NCBI GenBank assembly: GCA_951406725.2
Contig: OX597819.1
Location: 29,450,001 to 29,514,000, forward strand
Length of the DNA stretch: 64,000 bases
From: Octopus vulgaris
Taxonomy: Eukaryota
Reading direction: 5' to 3'
Below the pieces are notes generated by a model. It was given only the letters and a program-made list of their open reading frames with translations, did no database searches and was not told the DNA's origin. Positions 1-12,535 of this stretch are shown one piece after another. The stretch's first letter is position 1. Each line of letters begins with the position of its first letter. Made by a program: the position numbers and the translations under genes.

Positions 1-177
1 CTTTGGTGTAAAAATTATTCATTGATTAGTTCACTTCAAAATTTGTACTTTCAAATGATTACTCTTTTTGATTTATTACACTAAATATTTTAACCTGCAC
101 TTCGCTGTATTTCTCTCAAGCAGAAGACATCTTTGGGATATTTCCCAATGTCATTATGTAGGCCATTTTGTTAGTCA

Positions 178-404
178 TTTACTTTAGTGTTCAGAATACT
201 CTGTTAAATGTAATACTTTTTCACTCAAATTGTTTTGAATTAATCATGCATTATCTTATAGCTTTGAGGTTTCAATGATGTGATTGCTTAATTTCAGAAT
301 GGCATTGTAGGTTAGGAGTGAGAGGCTAGATATCGCCAGTTTGAATATAAAACATGTAGAATATATTGGGCCGGATTTGGCCGGTTTAAACACTAAAGGG
401 TTAA
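178..404 (+). mobile_element. piggyBac-type MITE (~225 bp), degenerate left end
   Basis: Ends ...cactaaagggTTAA, matching the family terminus TTAAccctttagca. Body is similar to copies at 9349-9549, 19514-19739 and 37369-37598. Confidence 0.65.
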
Positions 405-1959
405 ATAACATGAGAACATCCTATTCTTAATGACTAAGTAGCAGCGTACCATGAACCAGTATAAGAATAAAAATTGATCAGCAGCCACAGGTTCATATTT
501 CAAACAAGATCACTGCATTTGTTCATCTAGAGGAAAGAAGAGACTAATAAATGGATGAGTATTTTATCAGCTTGAACATCTAGGTTCAAATCATCCCATG
601 TCTACAAGATAATAACATAGGCACCTCCAGTAGTATAACCAAAATCTTCATATTGATGATTTGTCTCAGAATTCTAAGATGAATTAATCAGCAACAAGCA
701 AAGAAAAAGAAAATGTATCAAAAACACACACAAAAAAAAGAATTGTCATAAGTTTTGGTGAAAACTAAAATGAGTTGAGTCATTATTTCATGGTCTATTG
801 TAAGCAATTCAATTTACAGGGACTATAAAATGAAAACACTGTATCCTCAAGACAAGATTCAATTAAATGGAAATATATCAGCATATATTAATTTTTGTTT
901 TCTTTGCACATGTCTGTCATTAAGGCTATTAACTCAAACAACATCCTGTCTCCAGCTAGCTAACAAATAGCAAATCTGAAGATTTTACTTAAAGCATGGC
1001 AAACACATAGTGAGTATAAACAAAAACAAACAAAATGAAGGATAAAGTAAATCTAATTTTGAAGTTTACAAGGATTAAGACTTAATTAGGAAATTAAACA
1101 GAACAAAGTTGCTTAGGATGTTAATAGACTATACTACATGATAGCTTTCTAATTTCTTCAGATATTTTTCAGGTATTTTCTTCATTGTAGATTTTTTTTT
1201 TTAAAACAAGTTTTAATTTTTGACAGATTCATCAGATTCCAGCACAAAAATACTAATTGGGTGGTCACATAAAAAAACAAAAAATAATACCTAAATTTAT
1301 GTCAAAGTAATTATATTCTCTGTGTAAAATGCAACAGAACATTAGTGAATTCAAATCAAAAATAGTAATGCCCAAAAAAAAAAATGAGAAAAAATAGGTG
1401 TTACATCACAACTAACTGAAAACTAGGAAGAAAACAAATGGAAGTGTTGTCTTCTGAAAAGGTGTCAATTCTGAAGAAATCCAATTGGGAAATGGACTAT
1501 GGAGGATAAAATTTCAGGTATCTCAATATTGTATGACTATCATGTTAACATGATACAAGTGACACATTTTTACATTGTCACAATGTACAACCTGTTTACC
1601 ATTAGATTCTATATACTGTATACGTTACTTATTGGTTCAATACCTATCAGGTTGCTCAACCAACTAGAAAGAGCAACCAGATCTTAAAATCATACTCCAT
1701 TATCTTCATACAAAGACACTTGAATGTCTTAGATGAGAGCAGATTTGGGTGAAACAACAGTTGTTGGCAGATATCATAAAAACCAGGTTTCATATGCAGT
1801 TAGTAGAGGTGATTTTTTTCTTACAAAAATACTTTAATAAAGTCCACAGTTTTAGATAAGTTTGTATTCTGTGGGTCACTGGAGAACTGAACTTTTTGGA
1901 GAAATAAAAACAAAAATTTTGTTGTTGTTATAAAGAACTTCCAGCTCCATTTCATACAT

Positions 1960-2780
1960 CATCGTCATAATCAACATCTACTGTCCGTTTTCTATGCTGG
2001 CATGGGTTGGATAGTTTGACAGGAGCTGACAAGGACAGCAGCTGCATCAGGTGCCATAGTCTGTTTTGACTTGGTTTCGACAGCTTGATGCCTTTCCTAA
2101 CACCAACTACTACACAGAATGTACTGGGTTCAAAGGCGGTGAGCTGGCAGAAACGTTAGCATGCCAGGCGAAATGCATAGCAGTATTTCGTCTGCCGTTA
2201 CATTCTGAGTTCAAATTCCGCCGAGGTCGACTTTGCTTTTCATCCTTTCGGGGGTCAATTAAATAAGTACCAGTTACGCACTGGGGTCGATATAATCGAC
2301 TTAATCCATTTGTCTGTCCTTGTTTGTCCTCTCTGTGTTTAGCCCCTTGTGGGTAGTACAGAAATAGGTATTTTGTCTGTCGCTACATTCTGAGTTCAAA
2401 TTCTGCCGAGGTCAACTTTGCCTTTCATCCTTTCGGGGTCGATTAAATAAGTACCAGTTATGCACTGGGGTCGATATAATCGACTTAATCCATTTGTCCT
2501 TGTTTGTCCCCTCTGTGTGTAGCCCCTTGTGGGCAGTAAAGAAATAAGAATGTACTGGGTGCTTTTTACATAATACCATCACCAATGCTTTTTATTGTAG
2601 CACCCACACCAATACTTTTTATGTGACATCTTGATATTAGGATCTCAATTCTGTTGTAGTAGGTGAGACTTCTTGAGTACAACAATGCACCACAAATCTT
2701 GATCCTCTGTCGTCTCTTTTGTAAGGCTCAGCATTTTGAGATCGGTCTTCAATAGAGCTCACTTAGCCTTTAAAAATCTG
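1960..2780 (-). mobile_element. RTE-LINE 3' UTR-derived repeat interrupted by a SINE
   Basis: (cat)n tail, atgctggcatgggttgga and gatgcctttcctaacaccaac motifs match the RTE 3' end seen attached to coding sequence at 37717-38283. Confidence 0.65.
2130..2546 (+). mobile_element. tRNA-derived SINE family A (Deu/Nin-like domain) with internal tandem duplication
   Basis: Head ggcggtgagctggcagaaacgttag; domain gcctttcatcctttcggggtcgattaaataagtaccag; body duplicated. 14-bp TSD agaatgtactgggt at 2116-2129 and 2547-2560. Confidence 0.85.
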
Positions 2781-3354
2781 TAGTGGAGCTCACTCTGTTG
2801 AGAATATTTCTTCACTTCTTCCCACTGGTCTTGGAGGCCTTGGAAAGAGTCATACGTATAGTTCTGCTTTAATGTCTCCCATTTTCATAAGTGATGGAGA
2901 CAATAATAAACAATCAACTTCTTTATCAACTTAAGCTTTTACTTAACCACTCAACCTGCTAGAAATAGCTGCCCAATTTCTGATAATCATACACTGCTGT
3001 CTTATAAAAGAAAGGACATATTGAGCAAAGTAGTTCTAGAGTTATGAAAAGATCAAATAGTCATGACTGGAATGCCTTTTATTATAGGTCTGTTCGATCA
3101 GGGCTTACCTGGGACTAAACAACAACAACAAAAACCAGAGTATCTTCCATTACTTGCTTACAACCAGTATGTCATACATCAGTGTATTGCACACCTTCAG
3201 AGAACTCATTATCATTTCCTGGCACTAGTAAGACTTTTAACTACACGATGCAAACAAACTCTTGGCTGAGTTTCTCATATCTAGTTTCCATTGATCTTCA
3301 ATGTTATGCACAGAAAGATACTGATGTGACTGTTCCATTCACATGTAGACCGAT

Positions 3355-3830
3355 AAGGTATACACGGGTGGTGGGCCCTACACTTAGTGTATGTACACAA
3401 CAGGTGGTCCCTGCTCCCAGTGTACATGGCTGGCGGGCCCCTTGCCCAGTGTACATGGCTAGTGGGCCCTTCTCCCGATGTACACGGCTGGCAGGCCCTG
3501 CTCTCGATGTACACGACTGGCAGGCCCTGCTCCCGATGTACACGGCTGGCAGGCCCAGCTCCCGATGTACACGGCTGGCAGGCTCAGCTCCTGATGTACA
3601 CAGCTGGTGAGCACTGCTCTCGGTGTACACAGCTGGTGGGTTCTGCTTCTAGTGTGCACTGCTGACATGCCCTGTTTCTAGTATACACTGCTGGGGATGG
3701 AATGGGATTGCCTATGTTTTACACAGGTGAGCGTAAGAAGGCTCTGCCTAAAGTGCACACTAGTAAGGGGGCTCTGCCCCAAGAGTACACTGCTGAGTGG
3801 GGTGAGAGTGCTATCTCTAGTGTACAATGA
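3355..3830. repeat. GC-rich minisatellite, 29-bp unit (cccgatgtacacggctggcaggccctgct)
   Basis: About 10 clear units at 3355-3690, then degenerate units to ~3830. Explains the overlapping spurious ORFs. Confidence 0.9.
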
Positions 3831-5241
3831 TGGGATACTCATCCATACAGCTAGACCTAGGTTGTGTAAGCTTAGGCCTGTATCAAAGTGGCTTTTTCTT
3901 TTACTCTTTAACACACACATACACACTGACCCCACTGTTTAGCCACAGCTCTTTATAAGCATACATCTCTACATACATATATACAACAGGCTTCTGTACA
4001 GTATCTGCTCTTGATTAATCCTTTCATTCAAATATCCATCAAAGAGGCTTATGTAACATGAAGATCTAAACTAGTTTCAAAGATATTACTAATTCTATTT
4101 TTCTGATGGCTAATCATTCTTTAAATAACATTCACTTAAATACTTTATCCCCAATTATGTTTCCATAATAAAACATTATCCTTAATATAATTATTTTAAA
4201 CTGGGAATTTCAAACATATATTTTAGCTGAAGTTAAACATTCCAAAAGTGAAAAGCTTAGAATTGTGAAAATGAAAAATAAAAATAAAAGAAAATTAAAG
4301 AAACCTTATTTCCAGCCAATCATATATAAACAAATTCTAAAACTAAATGACATAAATAATGTATGCAGTCAGTCAAACTAACATCTCAGCTGAAGTCATA
4401 AATAATAGACCTGACAGCAATATCCTCAACTTAAATTCCTTGATACCAAGCATTGAAAAAAGAAAAAACAAATTAAAAAACAAAGGTAAATAATACTTAA
4501 TAAATGTGTTAGAATACCTGTCTGCCAAGAAATATTATTTTGAACTCTTGTAGAATGTCTAAAATTTGATCTTAGATACATTTTTATAGTTCCCATCATA
4601 ACAGCAAAAAGAGTCACAAATTTTGTGCTTTGCATTGAATGAATTTCTGAAACATTAATGTACATGGGAGTACCTTCATACCTTGAAGTGTAATACACTG
4701 AAGATTGATGGAAAGAAATGAAAAAAAAAAAAAAAAATTAAAATTAAAAAGTCTATGGAAGAGGTAAAAATGTAGATAAATTTCAAATGACATTCTATAA
4801 ATAATATAGTCAGAATGAAATGACAGAGTTGCAAATGAGAGTTTGTGTGCTAGAAGGTTAATGTAAAAATAGAATAGGAAAAAAAGTTCAAGAACATATT
4901 TCCTCTATATAACTGAAAGTGATACTACATTGAAAGTCCTGAATAGAAAGAGAATTGATTTCTTTTTTTTTTTTTTCATTCTCTCCTCCATATATTAGAG
5001 GATTGAGAGGGAGGAAGCTAGCAAAATGTGATCAAATTGATATAGAGCAGTATTTTCATGGTCGTTAACTACCACTGTAGGAAATGAGATACAGTGCAAG
5101 AGAAAGTTATGAAAAGCAATGAACTTAAACATGAATATTTTAAATGGAGTCTTCAAATTGAAGAATGAATTGATACCTTTTCCTCTCCTATGCAGTTTTA
5201 TTTGTGTGTGAATATATAGATATATATATATATATATATAC

Positions 5242-5661
5242 ATGCGCCAACCTCATCAACAGTACAGTACTACCTGCAATGTTATATGGTAGTGAAACAT
5301 GGGCTACCACAAAGAGAGAAGAGCAGAGACTGGTAACGGCTCAAAGAGCCATGGAAAAGTCAATGCTTGGTATCTCGTTGAGAGAGCACATCAGTAGCGA
5401 GATCATCAGAAAGAAGTCCGGCGTGAGGGATGTCATCGCAGAGTATACATGCAGCAAGTTTAGATGAGCTGGACACATCGCCCGGCTCACCGATAATCAG
5501 TGGACCCACGCGAGTGGAAACGACCACTCGGAAGGCCTCCACGATGGTGGAGTTACGATTGGGATCACGTGGATGAGAAAGGCGCAATCCAGAGAGGAGT
5601 GGACAGCGTGCTGTGACCAGCGGTGTCAAATGGATGCCTGACGGACTGGTCGGTCAATGTG
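5242..5661 (+). mobile_element. RTE-clade LINE 3' fragment (RT C-terminus, defective)
   Basis: Translates NSTVLPAMLYGSETWATTKREEQRLVTAQRAMEKSMLGISLREH...FR*AGHIAR, with the typical RTE YGSETW and (W)AGH motifs and an in-frame stop. Flanked by (TA)n. Confidence 0.85.
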
Positions 5662-5712
<51 letters not shown>

Positions 5713-5784
5713 ATACTACATTGAAAAACAAATATACAAATGTGTGTGTATATATATATTTATATATATATATATAATATTTGT

Positions 5785-6432
5785 TCTTTTACTTGTTTCA
5801 GTCATTGGACTATGGCCATGCCAGGACACTGCCTTGAAGGGGGCTTAGTCAAAACAAATCCATCCCAAACACTAATTTTTTAAAGTCTGGTATTTATTTT
5901 ATCACCCACTTCTGCCAAACTGTTAAGTACAAGGAATATAACCACTAGAGCAAGCACATGTACACACACACATGCACATTAATGCTTATCTGAGCATAAA
6001 CAATGAAATGGGTTATTTACCTTGAGTGTTTTAAAAAAACTATTGTACAGGTGCTATGGGTTATTTCCCTTGGGAGTTTAAAAATAAATTAGTTATATAA
6101 GGTAGATATAAAGGTCTCTTCCAGTGGCCGTATTATTGATTTTTAAACAATCGAAGTATGTCACGAGGTTTCCAGACATGAGTTCTACTCACGTGTCAAG
6201 TTTCATTAAAATCAATACAACGATGTAGGGAGAGTTAGCTAACAACACCACAAACAAACACACACCAATTTTCCACATATGTAGTAGATGATGCGCTTCC
6301 ACACAGTTTCAGTCAACCAAATTCATTCACAAGGTATTGATTGGCCCAGAGCTATAGAAGCAGGTACTCAAGTTGACACATAGTAGGACTGAACCTGAAA
6401 CCACATGATTATAAAGTGAGCTATGCCTGCAC
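5785..6432 (-). mobile_element. SINE family B, degenerate and interrupted
   Basis: Tail cttgtttcagtcattggactatggccatg at 5790 and head segment at 6300-6430. Confidence 0.65.
6000..6288 (-). mobile_element. Non-autonomous Helitron 5' fragment
   Basis: Minus strand starts A|TCTACTAC, then a gtgtgtttgtttgt microsatellite and gattttaatgaaacttgacac, the usual 5' layout of animal non-autonomous Helitrons. No 3' CTAG end identified. Confidence 0.45.
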
Positions 6433-7077
6433 AATATATTTTAAAAAAAACTTTTTGAAGAGATATCACATCTTATGTTAAATAAAAGCAGTAAATAATA
6501 TCAACTAGCAATTAAATCAAGCCCAGTCCTTGACTGGTATTTAATTAATCAACATTAGAAAGTACAAATTTGGTACAAGTAGAACTTGAACCAAGAATAT
6601 AATGAGTGTGAAAAATATATAGCTCACAGCATTTTCTTTGATAGTTTCTCAATACTAGTGAGGAAAATCTTGAAATATAAAATTATAAATTTTTGCATTA
6701 GTGTTCTATAACTCCAATGCAAAAATTAGAATGTGAACTCTTGGCCATGAAACAGCAATTGTTTAAACAATGGAAAAATTATATTAAGATAATCAGCATA
6801 TAAGGAAATTGTTTTTTGAAGGCTTTTAACCTTTTGTGATAATATAAATGTTTTGAACTGTTTAGGCCTCTCCAGTTGTCAGCAGTTTCTATGTATATGC
6901 AATGTACATGTCCTCAGGCTGTATGTGAATTCTTGAACTTCTATTTTACACAGAGTTCTGATGCTCATAAGTGCTGTTTGAATAAAAAGGTCCACAAGTT
7001 CTTATGTGGTCGGTAAGCAAGCTACTTACCACACACCCACTCCTCCTGCACCTATATATATATATATATATATTGAG

Positions 7078-7298
7078 GGCGGCGAGCTGGCAGAAATGTT
7101 AGCATGCCGGGCAAAATGCATAGCAGTATTTCGTCTGCCGTTATGTTCTGAGTTCAAATTCTGCCGAGGTCGACTTTGCCTTTCATCCTTACGGGGTCAA
7201 TAAATTAAGTACCAGTTACGCACTGGGGTCGATGTAATCGACTTAATCTGTTTGTTTATCCTCTCTGTGTTTAGCCCCTTGTGGGCAGTAAAGAAATA
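7078..7298 (+). mobile_element. SINE family A, full length
   Basis: Near-identical to the first unit of 2130-2546; inserted in (TA)n. Confidence 0.85.
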
Positions 7299-7307
7299 TA
7301 TATATAT

Positions 7308-7904
7308 ATTATAATGAAGGGTTAATTGCAACAAGTTGCTCAAAACCACATACCGAAAATGCTAGAAATGGCAGCCAGATAGGTCACCATTTCCCTACTA
7401 GTGAAAAGGTCTCCACAAACAATCAGGATTTGCAACCCGTATATGACAAAAAGAAAGAAAATAACGAAATCACAGCCCTTTTGGATTAATTACAGACGAA
7501 AATTCGTTTCTGGATGAGAACCAGAGGTTCATTTCCTTGTCAATGCAATATTTCCTATAAATCTAGAAATGCTAGGGGAAAAAAAGACTCACCCATTATA
7601 CCGGCTCGATCAGGCGACACCGAACGATATAATAATGGTCTGCCAGCATCACTACATTTATATAGACAAGCGAAATCGTATTTCCCTCTGGTTCTCATCC
7701 AGAAACGAATTTTCGTCTGTAATTAATCCAAAAGGGCTGTGATTCCGTTATTTTCTTCCTTTTTGCCATATACGGGTTGCAAATCCTGATTGTTTGTGGA
7801 GACCTTTTTACTAGTAGGGAAATGGTGACCTATCTGGCTGCCATTTCTATCATTTTCGGTATGTGGTTTTGAGCAACTTGTTGCAATTAACCCTTTATTA
7901 TAAT
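7308..7904. repeat. Long foldback: 220-bp arms (7308-7527 / 7685-7904) with 157-bp spacer; Penelope-like inverted pLTR
   Basis: Arms are reverse complements with about 6 mismatches by eye. A hammerhead-like motif spans the left arm/spacer junction. Confidence 0.9.
7483..7555 (-). ncRNA. Candidate type I hammerhead ribozyme, U3-A8 core variant
   Basis: Minus strand: ggaaauauugca UUGACAA ggaaaugaacc-ucu-gguucucaucc a GAAA cgaauuuuc GUC uguaauuaaucc. Stems I, II and III all pair; one extra A precedes GAAA. Confidence 0.55.
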
Positions 7905-8763
7905 TAATATAATCCTTACCAAATATGGTCTTTTCCATACTGATAAACTACTAGGTGAAATTTATTAATTTTATTAAATTAATTATATTTCACCCTTTTT
8001 GTATATTATATATATATATATATATTTTATATATATGGAGAAAGAAAGTGAGAGAGGTAGATAGCTATATCAGTATCTAGTTTATCAAGCTAGATAAGCA
8101 AATGTGCACATACCTGTACATACACACGCACATAGGTATGCCATTTAAGAATGCACGCACATAGGTATGCCATTTAAGAATGCATGAGTCAGGAAAAGTA
8201 AACATTTGTATATTTGTCAATAGTCGGTTATAATGTGTTTGCGTGCGTATTTTATATATATATACACACACACATACGTACATATATATACTCATACATA
8301 TATTATATATCTACATATAAATGCATAAATGGATGCATACACACAAATATTCATATATACATACACAAACTTTTTACCATGGAATGCAAATAAACCATTC
8401 AAAATGTTTTAACAGTTGAAAAAAGGGAAAAAGCTTTTAAAGAGGTTAGTCATAGAGATTAAAAAAACTATTTTTACATTTCTGTTTTTATCTCAAAATT
8501 TGTGAGGAGATAGAGAAATTATGAAAAAAAAAAGAAAAGTTTCCCTAAAATGTTCGCATACATGCTAACCTTTAGATATATATACCAAGTCATAGAAAAA
8601 GACCCAAGACATGCAGTTTTAAAATGCTGTCCTTCACACTTCAGCATTTAATCTCAATAACAAAAGTGCAAGCACAACAGAAATTTAAATTAATATAATT
8701 AGATTCAGCTTTGTAACTTAAAAGATAATCGAAACTTATTTAAAAACAATGTAAACTATCAGC

Positions 8764-9120
8764 TCACATATACGTATATACACATGCATATATACACATA
8801 TACAAATATATATGCATATACCTAACACATATACACACGCATATATACATGCAGATACATAACACAGATGCATACACACACAAATACAAATACACACATA
8901 TGCAAGACATACATACATGTGCATGCATATTCATACATGCACACACACATGCATGCATATACATGCATATACATATGCATGTGCATACACACATGCATAT
9001 GCATACATACATTCATACACATGCATACATATGCATACATACATGCATACACATACATATATGAATACGCATACATACAGGCATACACACATGCATATGC
9101 ATACACAAACACAGACATGA
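8764..9120. repeat. Compound (CA/TA/CATG) low-complexity tract
   Basis: Alternating purine-pyrimidine repeats producing H/T/Y/M/C/V-rich spurious ORFs. Confidence 0.9.
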
Positions 9121-9348
9121 GAAACCAACACTGAGTATTATTCAAAGAATATTTCTTTTTATTTTCATTTTGTTTACTTGAAAGTTTATCAGAAAAGAAT
9201 TGTAAATTATCAAAAAGTTCAAGAACTCTACTTGACCTTTGGGTACTTTTAGCAGAGACCACTCTGTTTCAAACATTTTGAACTGGTCTCTAGTCTAGTG
9301 ATAACCTCCTTCCTCCTACCACACTCAACAATTGGAAAATGGTCATGG

Positions 9349-9549
9349 TTAACCCTTTTGGCATTTAAACCAACCAAAATATTCTGCCCGTTTTAGGTTC
9401 AGACTTGCCAGATCCTGCCTCTCACACTTATCCTACAAAATCATTCTAATGACCAAAATCACAAAGATACAAGATAATGCATGATTAATTTGAAGCAATG
9501 TAAATAAATAAGCATTAATTTGACAATAATCTGAATGCTGAGGGGTTAA
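9349..9549 (-). mobile_element. piggyBac-type MITE
   Basis: TTAAcccttttggcatt...aatgctgaggggTTAA; reverse-oriented copy of 178-404. Confidence 0.7.
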
Positions 9550-9906
9550 ATATAATTTTTTTCTATCAGGACCATATTCCAAAAGTTATATTCCTTACAT
9601 TGCAGTTCCTTCATGTCTAAAAATCATGAGAAAAAGCAGCAAGCTTTCAAGTGGTTATGTAAACTAATACATGAACAACAGGCTCTGGCATAGTTAGGGA
9701 AAATATGCAGGCTTTGGTCAAATGGGGGTTGTGACAATGACTTTTTTCTTTCTTTAGCATTTATCTGCCCACAGTACCTGTGGACTCATCAAATTGCTTG
9801 CAGCAGTCTAGATGCACTCTTACTTCACCTCCCTTGGCACTGCCACTCCCTTCCACCCTGTGGGACCTATTTCTGCCTTGGTGAGCTTATGATTATCATG
9901 AAGTGT

Positions 9907-10156
9907 TTCTTCTTTCTCGAGCCATGCCTGGCTCATAAGGGCTGGTTTCCCGGTTTCCTTGGCGTATAGGTTTCCCACCTGGACGGGACACTGGTCCATC
10001 ACAGATGAGCTGCAAGATGCAGGAGGAAAGAGTGAGAGAAAGTTGTGGTGAAAGAATCAGCAGAAGTTTCACCATTACCTTCTGTCTGAGATTCAAACCC
10101 GCGATCCCTTGACTGTGAGTCCGCTGCTCTAACCACTAGGCCATGTGCCTCCACAA
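9907..10156 (-). mobile_element. tRNA-derived SINE family D
   Basis: Minus-strand head gtggaggcacatggcctagtggttagagcagcggac with a B-box-like gggtttgaatctc. Flanking direct repeat catgaagtgt at 9897 and 10157. Other copies at 36885, 47945 and 60143. Confidence 0.8.
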
Positions 10157-10374
10157 CATGAAGTGTCATAAAAATAGAGTTTCATTAAATCACATTTTCA
10201 TCATTTAGGATCCTTGCATTTTGTGCATTCATTGTATTTTAATATTTTCTAAAACTCAAGAAGGACAGAATACATGAAAGTGACATCTATTAGCTATTAA
10301 ATATAAGAACTGATAATAAAACAATATTGAACATCTAGTTTTCTTCCAACAATATTATCTAAATTGTTTTAGTT

Positions 10375-10950
10375 ATTGGACAGTGATCATGCTAGGCACT
10401 GCCTTGGAAGGGTCATACAAACAAATCAACCCTGGTGCTTTATGTTTAAAGCCTGGTACATATACTTATTTCTTTATTGCCCACAAGGGGCTAAACATAG
10501 AGGAGACAAACAAGGACAGACAAAGGGATTAAGGTCGATTACATCGACCCCAGTGCGTAAGTGGTACTTAATTTATCGACCCCGAAAGGATGAAAGGTAA
10601 AGTTGACCTCGGCGGAATTTGAACTCAGAATGTAAAGACAGACGAAATACCGCTAAGCATTTCATATGGTGTGCTAACGATTCTGCCAGCTCGCCACCAC
10701 ACATATTCTATCAGTCCCTTATTGCTGAACTGCTAAGTTATGGGGATGTACACAAACCATCATTGGTTTCAATTAATGATCACACACACAACAGGATTCT
10801 GTGAACTTGTGTCGACCATACCCATTCACAAGGCTTTGTTTGACCAGGGCTATAGCAGAAGACACTTGCTAAGGTGACGTGCAGTGGAACTAAACCCAGA
10901 ACTATGTGGTTGGGAAGGAAACTACTTTCCATACAACCACACCTGCACCT
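10375..10950 (-). mobile_element. SINE family B with nested SINE family A (10468-10698)
   Basis: Family B tail and head flank a complete reverse-oriented family A copy. Confidence 0.75.
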
Positions 10951-11174
10951 GTCAAAAAAAAAAAAAAAAATGACAAGTAAAGATAGAAAAATTAAGCTCA
11001 GAATCCATTCCAATACTTTACATATTTCACTCACAGATTCAGAAAACTATTAAATACTTTTAAATATGTCTTTTTCTTAATTTTTTAATATTAATTTTGT
11101 AATATAAAACTTCTTCCCACTTAACATTTAATTTGACATTTCTTACAATTCACTTCTTAATAATAGTATATTCA

Positions 11175-11208
<34 letters not shown>

Positions 11209-11214
11209 TTTTTT

Positions 11215-11750
11215 ATCGTTTACTTGCTTTGATCATTGGCCTGTGGCCATGCTTGAGCACTGCCTTGAGAGGTTTAGTCGAACAAATCAACCCTTGTACT
11301 TAGTCTATTTTTTTAAATTTGGTACTTATTCTATCAGTCATTTTTGCTAAATTGCTAAGTTACAGAGATGAAAACAAAGCAATACCAATTGTCAAGTAGC
11401 AATGGGGGGGGCAGACACAAAAACACAGACAGTACACTCTGTAAAGTGATTGGGATTAGGAAGGGCATCCAACCATAGAAACCTTGCCAAAACAGACAAT
11501 TGAAGCCTGGTGCAGCTCCAGCTCTCCAGCTTACCAACATCTCTCAAAGTATTCAACCCATGCCAACATGGAAAAGAGACGTTAATGATGATTGAGGATG
11601 AAGACAATACACACACACTTCCTTCAGTTTCTGTCTACCATATCCTTTCACAAGGCTTTTATCAGACCGGGGCTACAGTAGAAAACACTTCCTGAAGGTG
11701 CCATGCAGAGGCACAAGGCTGGGAAGGTAGCTTCTTAACCACACATACAT
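11215..11750 (-). mobile_element. SINE family B with nested RTE 3' tail (11435-11600, + strand)
   Basis: Family B motifs on both sides; insert contains taggaagggcatccaaccatagaaac...acgttaatgatga. Confidence 0.65.
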
Positions 11751-11751
11751 A

Positions 11752-12086
11752 GTAAAGACCCCCTTTGGTCATGAATGACCATGGGATTGCACCTAGAAAG
11801 TTACCCTCCTAGACACAAGTCCGAGCAAGGTTGTTTATGGAAGACCAGCAGTCGCCCATGCATACCAGCCTCCCCTCTCCACGCTACCAGTGTTATCCAA
11901 GGGAAAGGCAAAGGTCGATACAGCTTGGCACCAGTGACGTCGCAACTCATTTCTACAGCTGAGTGAACTGGAGCAACATGAAATAAAGTGCCTTGCTCAA
12001 GAACACAACACGCAGCCCGGTCCGGGATTCGAGCTCACAACCTCACGATCGTAAGCTCGACGCTCTAACCACTGAGCCATGCGCCA
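11752..12086 (-). mobile_element. tRNA-derived SINE family C
   Basis: Minus-strand head gtggcgcatggctcagtggttagagcgtcgagcttacgatcgtgagg with A/B-box-like motifs. Second copy at 24685-25020. Confidence 0.8.
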
Positions 12087-12189
12087 CACATACATAATAC
12101 ATAAGGAATGGAGATGCTCTTACATCGTCTTCATATCTTACTCATATTGTACTAGTCATTTTGCAATGACTGTACTAGACTTTGTTGTT

Positions 12190-12535
12190 AAACAATCCAA
12201 GGATTGTTTAACAACAAACCCACATGTGAACTGCAAAACCAAGAGCACTGTATGCCAGAGTCATACACTAACCAAGAGTCATACACTGGTGAGACTTCTA
12301 GGAGTATCAAAGATAGGTTCAAAGAACACCTGAACAACTACATTGAAAAGAAACCGAACTCCATCTTCTATCAGCATGCTGTAGACTGCCACAACAGCTC
12401 CTTAGGGAGACTTAAGTTAAACATCTTATCCACACATCCCACTGATGCAATGCTGAGACAAGTCACTGAAGCTGTATGTATACAAGAATACAAACCCACT
12501 CTCGACTGTAAATCCAAATGGGGAAAAAAGCAGAT
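12190..12535 (+). mobile_element. Penelope-like element GIY-YIG endonuclease fragment (frameshifted)
   Basis: YTGETSRSIKDRFKEH...FYQHAVDCH...LRQVTEAVCIQEYKPTLD matches the YIG-x-T, R..EH, H..H, R..EA..I and P.LN pattern. The upstream frame has C..NPHVNCKTKSTV. Confidence 0.85.

Noticed and set aside
1465-1505. CUGAAGA...GAAA motif
   Set aside because: Stems I and III cannot form.
3355-3830. CRISPR-like array or repeat-protein gene
   Set aside because: Units are contiguous with no unique spacers, the 29-bp period is not a multiple of 3, there are no cas genes, and the context is eukaryotic. The same applies to 54765-55125.
8736-9262. Stacks of H/T/Y/M/C/V-rich ORFs (also near 12574, 15536, 35839 and 52297)
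   Set aside because: Translations of dinucleotide and tetranucleotide microsatellites.
12020-12086. tRNA gene (Val-like anticodon loop) on the minus strand
   Set aside because: No complete acceptor stem, and it runs straight into a SINE body. It is a SINE head, as at 10085-10156 and 44185-44258.
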